Shown here one piece after another: positions 28,443-37,852 of a stretch of 64,000 bases of DNA. This DNA is from a virus: the IMG/VR virus record IMGVR_UViG_3300027801_001493, positions 1-64,000 of that record. One strand, 5' to 3'. A program made the translations under genes and the position numbers. Positions within the stretch are counted from its first letter, which is position 1. Each line of letters starts with the position of its first letter. The notes under the pieces were generated by a model, which had not been told where the DNA came from, did not search any database, and saw only the letters and a program-made list of their open reading frames with translations.

Positions 28443-28608
28443 GTTCATTGCTCCCAATAAATATTTTAAGTGTACGGTTACCATCTTGTAGACTGTATTG
28501 CACACTTTCTTTTTCATCCAAGTAATGAACATAGGCACGACCCGTTTGGTCTATAACCTCAAGTCGGATAATGTTGTTCATTGCTTCTAGTTTTTTGCTG
28601 TCGGTCAT
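28429..28608 (-). CDS. small phage protein (59 aa)
   Basis: Manual translation MTDSKK...RLEVIDQTGRAYV...SLQDGNRTLKIFI. Confidence 0.6.
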   Translation of the reverse strand: MTDSKKLEAMNNIIRLEVIDQTGRAYVHYLDEKESVQYSLQDGNRTLKIFIGSNEHDNA

Positions 28609-28934
28609 ACTAGTTTACTCCAATCTGTATCTTCATCCATCATCTGTATCTGACCACCAAATTGTTCATCCTCTTTGAGTTTATTGTAGATGCCAGCAGT
28701 ACTCATTCTAAGTCCGTAGGCTCCTTTAGGGCATCTGTAGAGTGAACCGCTTTCACCATGGAAATGAATTTCATCTTCACGATCAAACACAAGAGTAATA
28801 CCACTGTTTATTCTCCACGAGTCGCCATCTAGGTAGCCACCACTCCAACCTGCTAGAACTTTATAGAACGGGAATGTGCCTTTGCCTGCCTTAACTTTTA
28901 ACACTACCCAACTGTCTGGACTATATTCAGTTAT
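28605..28934 (-). CDS. conserved phage protein, probable ATA start
   Basis: GGAG-N8-ATA ACT GAA TAT AGT CCA GAC; SWRINSGIT motif. Confidence 0.65.
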   Translation of the reverse strand: MTEYSPDSWVVLKVKAGKGTFPFYKVLAGWSGGYLDGDSWRINSGITLVFDREDEIHFHGESGSLYRCPKGAYGLRMSTAGIYNKLKEDEQFGGQIQMMDEDTDWSKLV

Positions 28935-29332
28935 ACTAACATCTCCACTAAGTTCATCATTACGGCAGTACCACTTATAGCACTACCAATCATAATTGCT
29001 TTGTCGTTCCAACAATGTCCGACGTATACCCAACTGCATGCCGCTAGTGCATAACATACCTGCCCAAGTGTACCAGCGCCTGCACTGATTAAAAATACAC
29101 CGACCACACCTAGTATAGTTGCAACCCATTTAACATAACTGTCAACAGTTCCTGTGGGTGTTGCTGGCTTTAAGTCATCTACTTCTAATTGCAGTTCTTC
29201 CATCTCTTGTTTGAGACGTTTGCGTTCTGCATTAAGTTCCATTGCCAGCTTGGCCCCTCGACCCATAGTAGAGTCTTTGTACTGATCCTGTACTTGTTGA
29301 CTTATATCTTTTTCAGTTGCTTTATCACTCAT
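28931..29332 (-). CDS. coiled-coil plus membrane protein
   Basis: Start moved to MSDKAT because the longer ORF overlaps tRNA-Trp. Confidence 0.7.
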   Translation of the reverse strand: MSDKATEKDISQQVQDQYKDSTMGRGAKLAMELNAERKRLKQEMEELQLEVDDLKPATPTGTVDSYVKWVATILGVVGVFLISAGAGTLGQVCYALAACSWVYVGHCWNDKAIMIGSAISGTAVMMNLVEMLV

Positions 29333-29354
29333 ACTATTACTTATATCTTTAAAC

Positions 29355-29429
29355 TGGCGAGCTAGTAAGGATTTGAACCCCAATCGCAAGGTTTTGGAGA
29401 CCTGCATCTTACCATTAGAACACTAACTC
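29355..29429 (-). tRNA. tRNA-Trp(CCA)
   Basis: GAGTTAG/CTAGCTC acceptor, CT-CCA-AA loop, TTCAAAT T-loop, G73, encoded CCA. Confidence 0.92.
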
Positions 29430-29436
29430 AATAAAT

Positions 29437-29532
29437 CCTAGTGAAATGGACATACAAATCACTAGGCTATCTTCCCAGGGGCGTTTCCCCTATGTTTGAC
29501 TATTCGACCTACTGCTTTCAGTCTATTCAGTC
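29437..29532 (-). ncRNA. candidate structured RNA (three hairpins) upstream of tRNA-Trp
   Basis: GACT-GAATA-GAC..GTC-GAAT-AGTC; AGGGG/CCCCT; CCTAGTGA/TCACTAGG. Confidence 0.45.
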
Positions 29533-29544
29533 CGTCTCGTGTGT

Positions 29545-29631
29545 TTACTTAGAGTTGGTTAGTTGTTTGATTGACCATGCAATCAGTCCTATTAATCCCC
29601 AAATAAAGAAATTGTTCCACCATGTGGTCAC
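29545..29631 (-). CDS. 28-aa membrane peptide
   Basis: Manual translation (GTG start) MTTWWNNFFIWGLIGLIAWSIKQLTNSK. Confidence 0.4.
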   Translation of the reverse strand: MTTWWNNFFIWGLIGLIAWSIKQLTNSK

Positions 29632-30245
29632 TATCTTCTGTATCCTTCTAGCTCTGCTTCTTCTACGATATGATTATATATCTGTTCCCAATTCTTGGCA
29701 ACTAATCCATCTACAGGAGTATCCATGTTATGTCCATGTTCTAATAGTATTCCTTTGAAACCAATATCAGTACCTGCTTTTAAGTTATCTGGCTTGTCTT
29801 CAATCCAGTAACATCCTTTATGTTTCAATGCCAGTCTCTTTAGAGCAACGTCTTTGTCAGCACCTGTGTCTAAACATATTACTTTGCTAAACGTACCTTC
29901 TCCCATTAACTTTGCTAGGTTTCTAGTTCTTAGCTCTTTGGCATAAGGATCTAAAGATAAAGAAGTTAATGCAATAAACTTGTATTGATGCTGTTCTGCA
30001 AGTTTTTTAATAAAGTATTGTGCATCACGAAGTGGAGGTAAAAATCCTATCGCGGCAGACTCATTAAATATCTTAACTAATTTGTGTCCAGCATTTCTAG
30101 ACATGCCATACCTGTCACCAATGGAGTATTGGAATTGATATCCTTCTACCAGTTCGTGACCATGATGTTGCATCCAAACGTTGAACCCTTCTTCCCAGTC
30201 GAGAACCACGCCGTCAATATCTGTTATTATGTATTTCTGTGTCAT
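29631..30245 (-). CDS. HAD-family 5'(3')-deoxyribonucleotidase-like
   Basis: TDIDGVVLDW, ALTS, WIEDKP.N. Confidence 0.8.
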   Translation of the reverse strand: MTQKYIITDIDGVVLDWEEGFNVWMQHHGHELVEGYQFQYSIGDRYGMSRNAGHKLVKIFNESAAIGFLPPLRDAQYFIKKLAEQHQYKFIALTSLSLDPYAKELRTRNLAKLMGEGTFSKVICLDTGADKDVALKRLALKHKGCYWIEDKPDNLKAGTDIGFKGILLEHGHNMDTPVDGLVAKNWEQIYNHIVEEAELEGYRR

Positions 30246-30251
30246 GAGTGT

Positions 30252-30280
30252 ATTATACCGGAAATCTTGGATAAAGTCAA
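30252..30280 (-). promoter_or_regulatory. sigma70 promoter, leaderless transcript
   Basis: GGTTGACT-N17-TATAAT-N6-ATG. Confidence 0.8.
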
Positions 30281-30939
30281 CCTTTTAATTGTTTATTGGA
30301 TCTAACTATATGTTTTAGAACGTTTCTAGTTGCTACTTGAAAATGGTTTTGCATCTCATTTACGTCTGTAAAGTTACAGTTCACAACCTGCTCTACTATG
30401 TGTTGGGGTTTCTCATCTATAAGGTCAATGAGCATGAATATTGCATCGTCTGTGCTTATCATGTTCGCTTGATTGACTTCTTTAGTAGTATTAGTAACTA
30501 AAGGAGTATCAACAAAGCCAAAACTAATGTTATGTAATCTAGTCTTATTTGTTCTTGGATAGTTAAAACTACTAACGATACAAAAATGTGACATTGATTG
30601 CTTATCATTAATGTAATCAGACTCACCGTCACCTAACATCTCTGCAAGGTAGCCTGATATAGAACCTGTGTTAATAATTACTTTAGGCTTGTCGGACCAT
30701 TCGGCGTATAAGGTTTCACAAATCTTGTTTTGCATTTTAGGATAGTATGCATTATTAAACAATACATCTGGATCATAATCTATAAGTGTCTGGATTATCT
30801 TATCGCCATTATCTTCTGCAATATTATGTCCGTTGCTTTTAGAGTATCCTCTAATTTCCCAATCGGGTTCAGTTAAACTTAATGCAGTATCTAATCCTTG
30901 TCCGATACCACTGGAGTGTCCTGTGATAGCTATTTTCAT
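30277..30939 (-). CDS. short-chain dehydrogenase/reductase
   Basis: ITGHSSGIG, FNNA, INTGS, YxxxK (YINDK), GFVDTP. Confidence 0.8.
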   Translation of the reverse strand: MKIAITGHSSGIGQGLDTALSLTEPDWEIRGYSKSNGHNIAEDNGDKIIQTLIDYDPDVLFNNAYYPKMQNKICETLYAEWSDKPKVIINTGSISGYLAEMLGDGESDYINDKQSMSHFCIVSSFNYPRTNKTRLHNISFGFVDTPLVTNTTKEVNQANMISTDDAIFMLIDLIDEKPQHIVEQVVNCNFTDVNEMQNHFQVATRNVLKHIVRSNKQLKG

Positions 30940-31265
30940 TATTCGAAGTGTTTTCCTAACATTTCGGATACATTGCTATCAACAAACTTCTCTACTTTTC
31001 TAACATCAACAATAATATTAATTTGGTTAACATTAGAGAAAGCAGATATCATTTTCTGCCAGGTGGCGTTAGGAGATGTTGGTAGTGGGTCTGCTAGTTC
31101 GCTATGGTCAAGTTTGGCGTTAGTACCGTCTCGAAATTCGATAATGATACTATCAATCATTTGAACAGGTATCTCCTGTGGGAACACCTGCTTTAACAGA
31201 TTTTCAAACTTTTCATTCTTTGAATGTTTTGCAACCAATACAATCTTTATGTCATTATTCGACAC
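30939..31265 (-). CDS. hypothetical protein
   Basis: ORF track; GATAAATA at 31312-31319. Confidence 0.7.
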   Translation of the reverse strand: MSNNDIKIVLVAKHSKNEKFENLLKQVFPQEIPVQMIDSIIIEFRDGTNAKLDHSELADPLPTSPNATWQKMISAFSNVNQINIIVDVRKVEKFVDSNVSEMLGKHFE

Positions 31266-31332
31266 TTAAAATCTCCTACATTGTAAGTTATATATAACGT
31301 TACTTGTTATATATTTATCTGCTAAAGAACTA

Positions 31333-31953
31333 TTACGTTTCTAAAGTAGTCTTTGGCGGTCTGCCTGGTCCTCTCTTAGGACTAAGTTCAGGTGCAAGTC
31401 TATATGCTTCTGACTTTTTGCTATCCGCGTCACTTAACAATGCCTTAGCATCTTCTTCTAATAATGATGCCTGTGCTAGTAGATTGTTTGCCACATCCGC
31501 TGGTTCACTTCCTTCTGCAATGTCTGTTACAACTGGTGCTGGACCTTTTGCTACATCACCAACTGTCATATTTTCAGTATTTAAAGGTGGGTTACTACCT
31601 GCTTCAATTTTTCCAAGTTCTGCATTCACGTCTGCTAACTCTACTTCCTGATTTGGCATCGGAGTAAGTTTTACCATTGCGACTGGAACTTTGATTAGTT
31701 TTTTAGTTGTGTGCAAGACTTCTAATAGATTGTTTCCATCAGTTGCTCTTCTTCTGAAAAGTACATCTGAAACACTATTTGATTCTTGTCCTTCTGGAGA
31801 ATCAATTACTGACATAACGTCATCATGTAATTGTCCTTCTAAAGTATCACTTACAACAATAAGTGCATTTTCTGTGTCATCAGGTAATTGTCTGAATACA
31901 ACCACGCAAGGTTTGTCTCCATATTTACCAACATGTTTTAATAATTGTGCCAT
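31333..31953 (-). CDS. conserved jumbo-phage hypothetical protein
   Basis: MAQLLKHVG...VVVFRQLP; C-terminal RGPGRPPK (AT-hook-like). Confidence 0.75.
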   Translation of the reverse strand: MAQLLKHVGKYGDKPCVVVFRQLPDDTENALIVVSDTLEGQLHDDVMSVIDSPEGQESNSVSDVLFRRRATDGNNLLEVLHTTKKLIKVPVAMVKLTPMPNQEVELADVNAELGKIEAGSNPPLNTENMTVGDVAKGPAPVVTDIAEGSEPADVANNLLAQASLLEEDAKALLSDADSKKSEAYRLAPELSPKRGPGRPPKTTLET

Positions 31954-31955
31954 TT

Positions 31956-32261
31956 TTATTTCTCCTGTGGAGTCTCAGAGACATCTACGTCTTCGGACTC
32001 TGCGGCGGCTTTTGCCGCATCTTGTTGTTCTTTAACGTTGCCTAAAAACATCGCTAACTTATCGTACAAAGCGCCTACGACTGTCATTTCATTTCCTTTG
32101 TATGCACCACGTTGTGCTCCAAGGTCAATAATCTGTGCAATCTGATCTAAGTCACGTAATGTGATTGACTCGACTGGTTGTGCAGGTGTCTCTGAACTTT
32201 CTTCAGTAGTAGGTACTTCTTGTTCTACTACTTCTTCTGAAACTGTTTCTTTCTTAGCCAT
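31956..32261 (-). CDS. hypothetical protein
   Basis: L.DL..IA.IID....RGA.KG.E motif. Confidence 0.7.
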   Translation of the reverse strand: MAKKETVSEEVVEQEVPTTEESSETPAQPVESITLRDLDQIAQIIDLGAQRGAYKGNEMTVVGALYDKLAMFLGNVKEQQDAAKAAAESEDVDVSETPQEK

Positions 32262-32344
32262 TAAAATATCTCCGGTTTAATGTTTTGTTATATGCATTTA
32301 TTTATAACATGTTTTAACTTGTAAGGATTATTTTTGGTGTGTTT

Positions 32345-33079
32345 TTAGTCAAACACAACGGTATCTTCAACAAAACCGTCAGAATCTAATACAACACCAC
32401 TAACAAAGCCGCCTTTGCCAGCTCCAGTGTCAGTAAAGATAACTGTTCCGCCAATAGCATTCGTTTCAATAACAACCTCGTTGATGTTACTTTCGAATGC
32501 AGGTACTTCACAGAAAGGACTCCTGTCGTGTCCAACAATAACAGTTCTACCTCTTGGGATTGCATCAGTCCACGCATAAGTTCTGTGTGGATACATATTG
32601 CCATTCCATTCTATAAAAGGTTTACTACTATCTATCTCACCAAACAACCTAGCTCTGTCAAATTTCTTGTGGTCTATATCATCTGACCAATACGAAGCAG
32701 TAAAGCCACCGTGAGTGATATGAGTATCACCAATCACCATGTGTGTTTTCATGTTGCTATAGAAAGACATAAAGTCTTCTCTAACAATTGAATCACTATT
32801 CAATGCTTCAACAGTACTAATCATACCATGTCCGATTGTTACGTTATTACCTTTAAGGTATCGTGCAATTTTGTTATCGTGATTTCCTTCTATGAATGTT
32901 GCTTTACCAGTTTTGGATAATGTACTTGCAAGAGCAATAGTTGAGGTTGCATGTTTTCCGTAATCTACAACATCTCCCACTGATACAATGTGTAAACCAT
33001 GCTCTTCAGCATAGATAGAGGCATCCATAAAGAACTTGTATTCATTATGTATATCACCTAAAACTAAATATTTACTCAC
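32345..33079 (-). CDS. calcineurin-like metallophosphoesterase
   Basis: GDIH, GDVVDYG, GNHD, HGG, VGH, DTG. Confidence 0.9.
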   Translation of the reverse strand: MSKYLVLGDIHNEYKFFMDASIYAEEHGLHIVSVGDVVDYGKHATSTIALASTLSKTGKATFIEGNHDNKIARYLKGNNVTIGHGMISTVEALNSDSIVREDFMSFYSNMKTHMVIGDTHITHGGFTASYWSDDIDHKKFDRARLFGEIDSSKPFIEWNGNMYPHRTYAWTDAIPRGRTVIVGHDRSPFCEVPAFESNINEVVIETNAIGGTVIFTDTGAGKGGFVSGVVLDSDGFVEDTVVFD

Positions 33080-33105
33080 TGAGTTCTCCTACAAACTATA
33101 TACAT

Positions 33106-33134
33106 ATTATAGCAAAATTCGGGGGTGTTGTCAA
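33106..33134 (-). promoter_or_regulatory. sigma70 promoter
   Basis: GGTTGACA-N17-TATAAT. Confidence 0.8.
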
Positions 33135-33135
33135 C

Positions 33136-34194
33136 CTAATATTGCTCTAATTTGCCTTCCCTAACCAGGTCTACACTCACACAATGTGGGCCTCCTGCAA
33201 GGGTTCTCATATGGCGCATTTTGACTGGAACTGGAGTTATGCCATGCTTCTCCATTGCACTCATTAAGTGCGTTTCTTCTTCTGGTACTATGACTGTTTC
33301 TGGATCAATACTAAGTGTATTCATGCCTATCCAACTACTTGCTGGAGCCAAGTCTTTGTATGCTTTTTGCCCTACACACATCTCTTCTGTGTACCATATA
33401 ATATCCCACCCATCAAACACATCAGGGACGGCTAATTTGCTTACCCTACTCGCATTCAACACTACAAGCCCGGGACGTAAGGGCATTATTGTACTGTCTA
33501 CATGAGCCCAGCTATAGAGATCGTGCATCATATGAACTTTAAATGCGTCTCCGAGGGTGTTCTGTAGCCATTTAGCACCCTTCTCATTACCAGTATTTGA
33601 TATCAAATACAATATATCGTACCCCATTCTAATCAAATTTGCTGGGTCTAATATAGGTTCTTCATTAGTAATGCTTGGGTCTAGTCCAGGTTGTATCCTA
33701 AACAAACTATCATTCAACATAGGTTTAGGCATTGGTAACCATTTAGAACCAGCCATCATCTTCTCTTGGAACAACTTATTGAACAAGAATGTCTCATGGT
33801 ATCTAGCTCTTAAACTCATTGCACCCTCTATAATAGTATCGCCTATCACTGTTACACTATCTCTAGGGCAGTATGCTTCGTATTGGTCAGTATGCCACTT
33901 ACCATTGGAAACTGCTGTAGTGAAGTCTACGGCTGTCGTATCGGGTCTATGAACTGTTATATCCGCTTGTTCTAGTATAGATACTAAGTTGTCTAAGTCC
34001 TCTTCTGCTTCTTCATATACCTTCTTAGGGTATCTGCCTTTGGGCATATTCTCATATTGTTCTTTGGTTAGGTTGGCATAGTTGGTTGCATGATGACTTA
34101 AATCATTCTCTGGAATGTTAGCACCAATGCTAGTGCCTATTATTATTTCTTTTAGGGGGTCCCACTCATTGCATGACCAAACTGGTGTTGTCAT
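33136..34194 (-). CDS. amidinotransferase (glycine/inosamine-phosphate type)
   Basis: NEWDPLKEIIIG, CPRD, AHVDSTI, GGPHCVS.DL.R. Confidence 0.88.
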   Translation of the reverse strand: MTTPVWSCNEWDPLKEIIIGTSIGANIPENDLSHHATNYANLTKEQYENMPKGRYPKKVYEEAEEDLDNLVSILEQADITVHRPDTTAVDFTTAVSNGKWHTDQYEAYCPRDSVTVIGDTIIEGAMSLRARYHETFLFNKLFQEKMMAGSKWLPMPKPMLNDSLFRIQPGLDPSITNEEPILDPANLIRMGYDILYLISNTGNEKGAKWLQNTLGDAFKVHMMHDLYSWAHVDSTIMPLRPGLVVLNASRVSKLAVPDVFDGWDIIWYTEEMCVGQKAYKDLAPASSWIGMNTLSIDPETVIVPEEETHLMSAMEKHGITPVPVKMRHMRTLAGGPHCVSVDLVREGKLEQY

Positions 34195-35375
34195 ACTATC
34201 CTCTGGAATTGATTCATACTATCGAAGTCATCGTTGATTATATCATACAGTTGTGTAAATGTGTCTCCGAATGATTGTTCTCTATATTTGTCCATACGTT
34301 TCATCCATACTAGAAAATGCTTATATCCATATTCCGAAGTGTTTGGTAGCATCATATAATCTTTTACTTCCTGTCTAGTTATCACTTGGAGTAATTGTTC
34401 TTTGATATTATCTGGAAAGTTTCTAATGTTCATGTAGTCTGGACCTTCTGCAAAACCTATCCAAGGTTCTTCTCCAAATGTTTCTCTTTGCCAGTCCATA
34501 ATCTCTTTTAAGTTTAAAACATTCTGTGTAGACATTGTCATGTTACCAAATATTTTTGTAGGTATTCCTAGTTCCATTGATTGTAAATCTTCTACAACTT
34601 CTAAAACAGTTTCCCACTTACCTGGATATCTTAAGTATTCAAACCTAGACTCTATTCCATCTATGCTTAAACTTATGTCAATACTCTTAAAATGTTTCCA
34701 TTGTTCTCTTAATCGTTCTGTAGGTTTGTTAGTAGCATTTGAATTGTACATAAGTTCTACTTCTTTTGCTCTGCCAGTATCAACTAAGTATTGTAGTATT
34801 TCATATTGTGTGATATTTAATAACGGTTCACCTCCAAAGAATTCTAAACGTTCTAGATTCTTTGCAACTGGTATCCATTCTTCCATAGGCACATGAGTTG
34901 CTGGAAACTTAGATACAAATGCTCCGCCATCGCCGTACTCTTTTGCATACACTTGTCCTTCTGGATCAAACTGATTACTATCATGAGCACCACAACTTCT
35001 ACAAGCAAGGTTACATACATTACTACTCCTGTACACAATAACTTTTGGTCCATCTAAGTATTTCTCTGTTTTAATAAAGTCTTCATACACATCAGTGTGA
35101 CTGTATTGCTCTAGCATACGTTGTCTTAGGCTAGGTTTACCTATTGTTTCTTCAGTAAAACATCTATTGCATTCACTAGCTTTTTCATTGTTTAAATGTT
35201 GTTGTCTAAGTTCGTTAAGTTCATCGGCATGCCATTGCTGTTCACCGCTAAGATGTGCATGGGGCCAATCGCCTGCCCCAAATGGGCACGGACTATTCAA
35301 TCCTCTGACATCTGGTCGAGTCATCATGAATGGTGCTAGGCATAAATTGTCTGGTTTTTTGTCTGGATAATCCAT
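34191..35375 (-). CDS. radical SAM protein with N-terminal Twitch/SPASM-like Cys cluster
   Basis: NVCNLACRSC, FFGGEP, SIDG, CLAPF...CP...C..C. Confidence 0.85.
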   Translation of the reverse strand: MDYPDKKPDNLCLAPFMMTRPDVRGLNSPCPFGAGDWPHAHLSGEQQWHADELNELRQQHLNNEKASECNRCFTEETIGKPSLRQRMLEQYSHTDVYEDFIKTEKYLDGPKVIVYRSSNVCNLACRSCGAHDSNQFDPEGQVYAKEYGDGGAFVSKFPATHVPMEEWIPVAKNLERLEFFGGEPLLNITQYEILQYLVDTGRAKEVELMYNSNATNKPTERLREQWKHFKSIDISLSIDGIESRFEYLRYPGKWETVLEVVEDLQSMELGIPTKIFGNMTMSTQNVLNLKEIMDWQRETFGEEPWIGFAEGPDYMNIRNFPDNIKEQLLQVITRQEVKDYMMLPNTSEYGYKHFLVWMKRMDKYREQSFGDTFTQLYDIINDDFDSMNQFQRIV

Positions 35376-35423
35376 TATGATGCCAACTTTGAATAAAGCC
35401 GCAGAATTTTGCTTGGTATATCT

Positions 35424-35744
35424 TTAGGTATTTTTAAACTCATCAGCAATATTTATCCTATCTATTGCTGGAGCTGGTGCTACTTGTGGTGTATCAAATG
35501 CTTGAAGTACTCTTGCTACATCATCTCTTGATTCAAAATATAAGATCCATTGCTCTCCCATATCTTTGAGAACACAATATTGACCTATAGCATTGTTAGT
35601 TAACCATTCAACTACAAGAGAATCGTCAGTTACAAACTTATTGCTTAACATAGTAGCAAACTTATCTGTGCCAGTTAGTCCTGTGAATTCTGCTTCTGTT
35701 AGTTTATTAAATCTTTTTATTACCATTTTTGATAATCCTTCCAT
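35424..35744 (-). CDS. hypothetical protein
   Basis: ORF track. Confidence 0.65.
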   Translation of the reverse strand: MEGLSKMVIKRFNKLTEAEFTGLTGTDKFATMLSNKFVTDDSLVVEWLTNNAIGQYCVLKDMGEQWILYFESRDDVARVLQAFDTPQVAPAPAIDRINIADEFKNT

Positions 35745-36415
35745 TCTACCATTCTAAAATCGTCTCCATCGAAGGCTACACCGTACAACCATGTAGGCCC
35801 TTGGGCGCCTCGATTTATCATGCCTTTGTCAACGCCGCCTTTACCTAAGTCCCCATCATTGATTCTACTTACTATATAGTCTGCCCAATCCATAGGTTCC
35901 GCATTGGAGGCAGGACATATACCATATGCATTGATGTCGTTGTTTCTGTTGTTCCATATAATCTCATAGTCTAATGCTCTAAGATTTTTATACATGTGAA
36001 GATGTGCAAACTTTGGTCTATGGTCTGCGGCTATTTGGCTAGTGATATAACAGATGTTTCCTTTCCATCCTTTTAATGTTAACCAATTAGTAAGATAAGT
36101 TTTAAACCAGAGTTGGTCTCTGTTATTTACCCACCATTCATTATATGTTTCAAATGTCATCTCACCTTCATGCTCTTCAGTGCTAATTAATTCTTTAACC
36201 ATGCCAGTATTGATATTAAATATAATAGTATCAGGCAATGAAAGTGGTTCTAGTTCTTTATGAATAAATGATTGGATTAAATCTGGATGATAAAATACTT
36301 GTTTAATGTTTTTGTAAGGGCTGGCTTCTCGACCAAACGACTCAACAGTACCTTCCAGTTGAGATATTATTCGTTGAGACCAATCTGATGTTGCACCAAA
36401 GAACCAAGTTGACAT
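35720..36415 (-). CDS. divergent SDR/Rossmann-like protein
   Basis: FFGATS, ICYITS, YKNLR, AYGICP. Confidence 0.45.
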   Translation of the reverse strand: MSTWFFGATSDWSQRIISQLEGTVESFGREASPYKNIKQVFYHPDLIQSFIHKELEPLSLPDTIIFNINTGMVKELISTEEHEGEMTFETYNEWWVNNRDQLWFKTYLTNWLTLKGWKGNICYITSQIAADHRPKFAHLHMYKNLRALDYEIIWNNRNNDINAYGICPASNAEPMDWADYIVSRINDGDLGKGGVDKGMINRGAQGPTWLYGVAFDGDDFRMVEWKDYQKW

Positions 36416-37767
36416 TATTTTTTATCCGCTGTTTCATATGGTACAGTAGTACCAAATGGCGAAACTGGAGTGTTACCTCCGTAGCCTCCACCATGTACAA
36501 TAAACAATGTATCACAGTAGTTTTCATCACCCCAACTATCCCAAGGGTAACCATCTGTAAACATCACAAACTTCTTAGGCATAATACCTTCTTCCTTGAA
36601 CCAATTGAAACAACATTCAAAGTCTGTGCCGCCGCCACCAGCTGGCTCGTACTCTAAAAACTCTTCCATGTTATGCATAGTAAATACTTGTGGGTTATGA
36701 ACTTCTGTATCAAAACAGAACAAATGTATTTTAAAGTCTGTGTACTGATCCATAACACCTTTTGTTTCACTAAGGATATCTCTCATCATAGTATCTGTCA
36801 TAGACCCTGATGTGTCAATACCAAGTGCAATATCAATTGTTTGTTCTCTGTCCATACCAGGCATCCAAATGCCTTGATCCATTCCTTTACGTGAAGGTGT
36901 GTTGAAATTGTAATCGCTTTTGATAACTGATTGTATCTCTTGTGGTAAAAGTTCTCTCCAACTAAGTTGAGGTTGAACTAAACTATCAACAAGTCTTTTA
37001 ACGCCACTAGGTAAGTTACCTGCACCAGCCGCCCTAGCCGCCTGTATTGTAGCATTCTTAAATTGTTCTTTAATAGTACGTTTTTCTTCAGCAGTATACT
37101 TTGCAGGACCTTTGCCATCTGCATCGTCATCTTGATTGCCGTCTGGGCCGGAACCTGAATCATCATCACCGTCATCCATATCTAAATGAACATCTAGTGT
37201 TGACATATCAATAACTCGACCTTCCTCTTCAGCCTGCTTAAATAAATCTGCATAAACTTCTTCTGAAGTCCAACGTTGGTATTTCCAATCAAAACATATT
37301 TCAACTAATGAAATCTTCTTACCAACATTACCTTCTACTAAATCCATGTTCACAACATAGTCGTTCGCAATGTTCCAAAGTAAAGGATTCTTATCGCCCC
37401 TACGACCAAAGTGGTCATAAACACAATGCTCAACTTCATGTCCACATAAGAATACAAGTTCCTCTTGATCCAATGCATCAATAAAGTTTCTGTTGTAGTA
37501 AAAGTATTTGCCATCAGTTGCGGCAGTTGGACACCACTTAGTAGCATCTCTAAACTCTAACCTACAAGCCAAGTTACCGTAAAATGGACAATGCAATAGC
37601 ATATTGATTCTAGCCGCAATTAAACGATCCTCAATCTCAGCCGTTGTCTTAGTTGTCTCTGGTATATTTGCTAAAGCCTTGTGACTAGTGTCATTGGGCG
37701 AGCCTTCGCTTACCTTTGGTGCCTTAGTTGCTTGGTGTAAAATTGTCATCGTTTGTATACTCCTCAA
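36415..37767 (-). CDS. vWA-domain putative metallopeptidase (DUF2201-like)
   Basis: TAATDG, HExxH (HEVEH), NIANDY, DTSGS MIDAS, GGGTDF, FTDG. Confidence 0.85.
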   Translation of the reverse strand: MRSIQTMTILHQATKAPKVSEGSPNDTSHKALANIPETTKTTAEIEDRLIAARINMLLHCPFYGNLACRLEFRDATKWCPTAATDGKYFYYNRNFIDALDQEELVFLCGHEVEHCVYDHFGRRGDKNPLLWNIANDYVVNMDLVEGNVGKKISLVEICFDWKYQRWTSEEVYADLFKQAEEEGRVIDMSTLDVHLDMDDGDDDSGSGPDGNQDDDADGKGPAKYTAEEKRTIKEQFKNATIQAARAAGAGNLPSGVKRLVDSLVQPQLSWRELLPQEIQSVIKSDYNFNTPSRKGMDQGIWMPGMDREQTIDIALGIDTSGSMTDTMMRDILSETKGVMDQYTDFKIHLFCFDTEVHNPQVFTMHNMEEFLEYEPAGGGGTDFECCFNWFKEEGIMPKKFVMFTDGYPWDSWGDENYCDTLFIVHGGGYGGNTPVSPFGTTVPYETADKK

Positions 37768-37778
37768 TATATAAACAT

Positions 37779-37807
37779 ATTATACGTTTATTTACCATCA
37801 AAGTCAA
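37779..37807 (-). promoter_or_regulatory. sigma70 promoter
   Basis: AAAAAAAGGTTGACT-N17-TATAAT. Confidence 0.8.
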
Positions 37808-37852
37808 CCTTTTTTTACCTTATTTTGGCCCTAAGGTATGGTAAATATACAC

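Noticed and set aside
29333-29407. N-terminal extension of ORF 28931..29407
   Set aside because: Overlaps a well-formed tRNA-Trp; start moved to 29332.
29498-29532. Hammerhead-like CTGA...GAA core
   Set aside because: CTGAATA lacks the C3-G8 pair; A15.1-U16.1 and stems I/III are not found.
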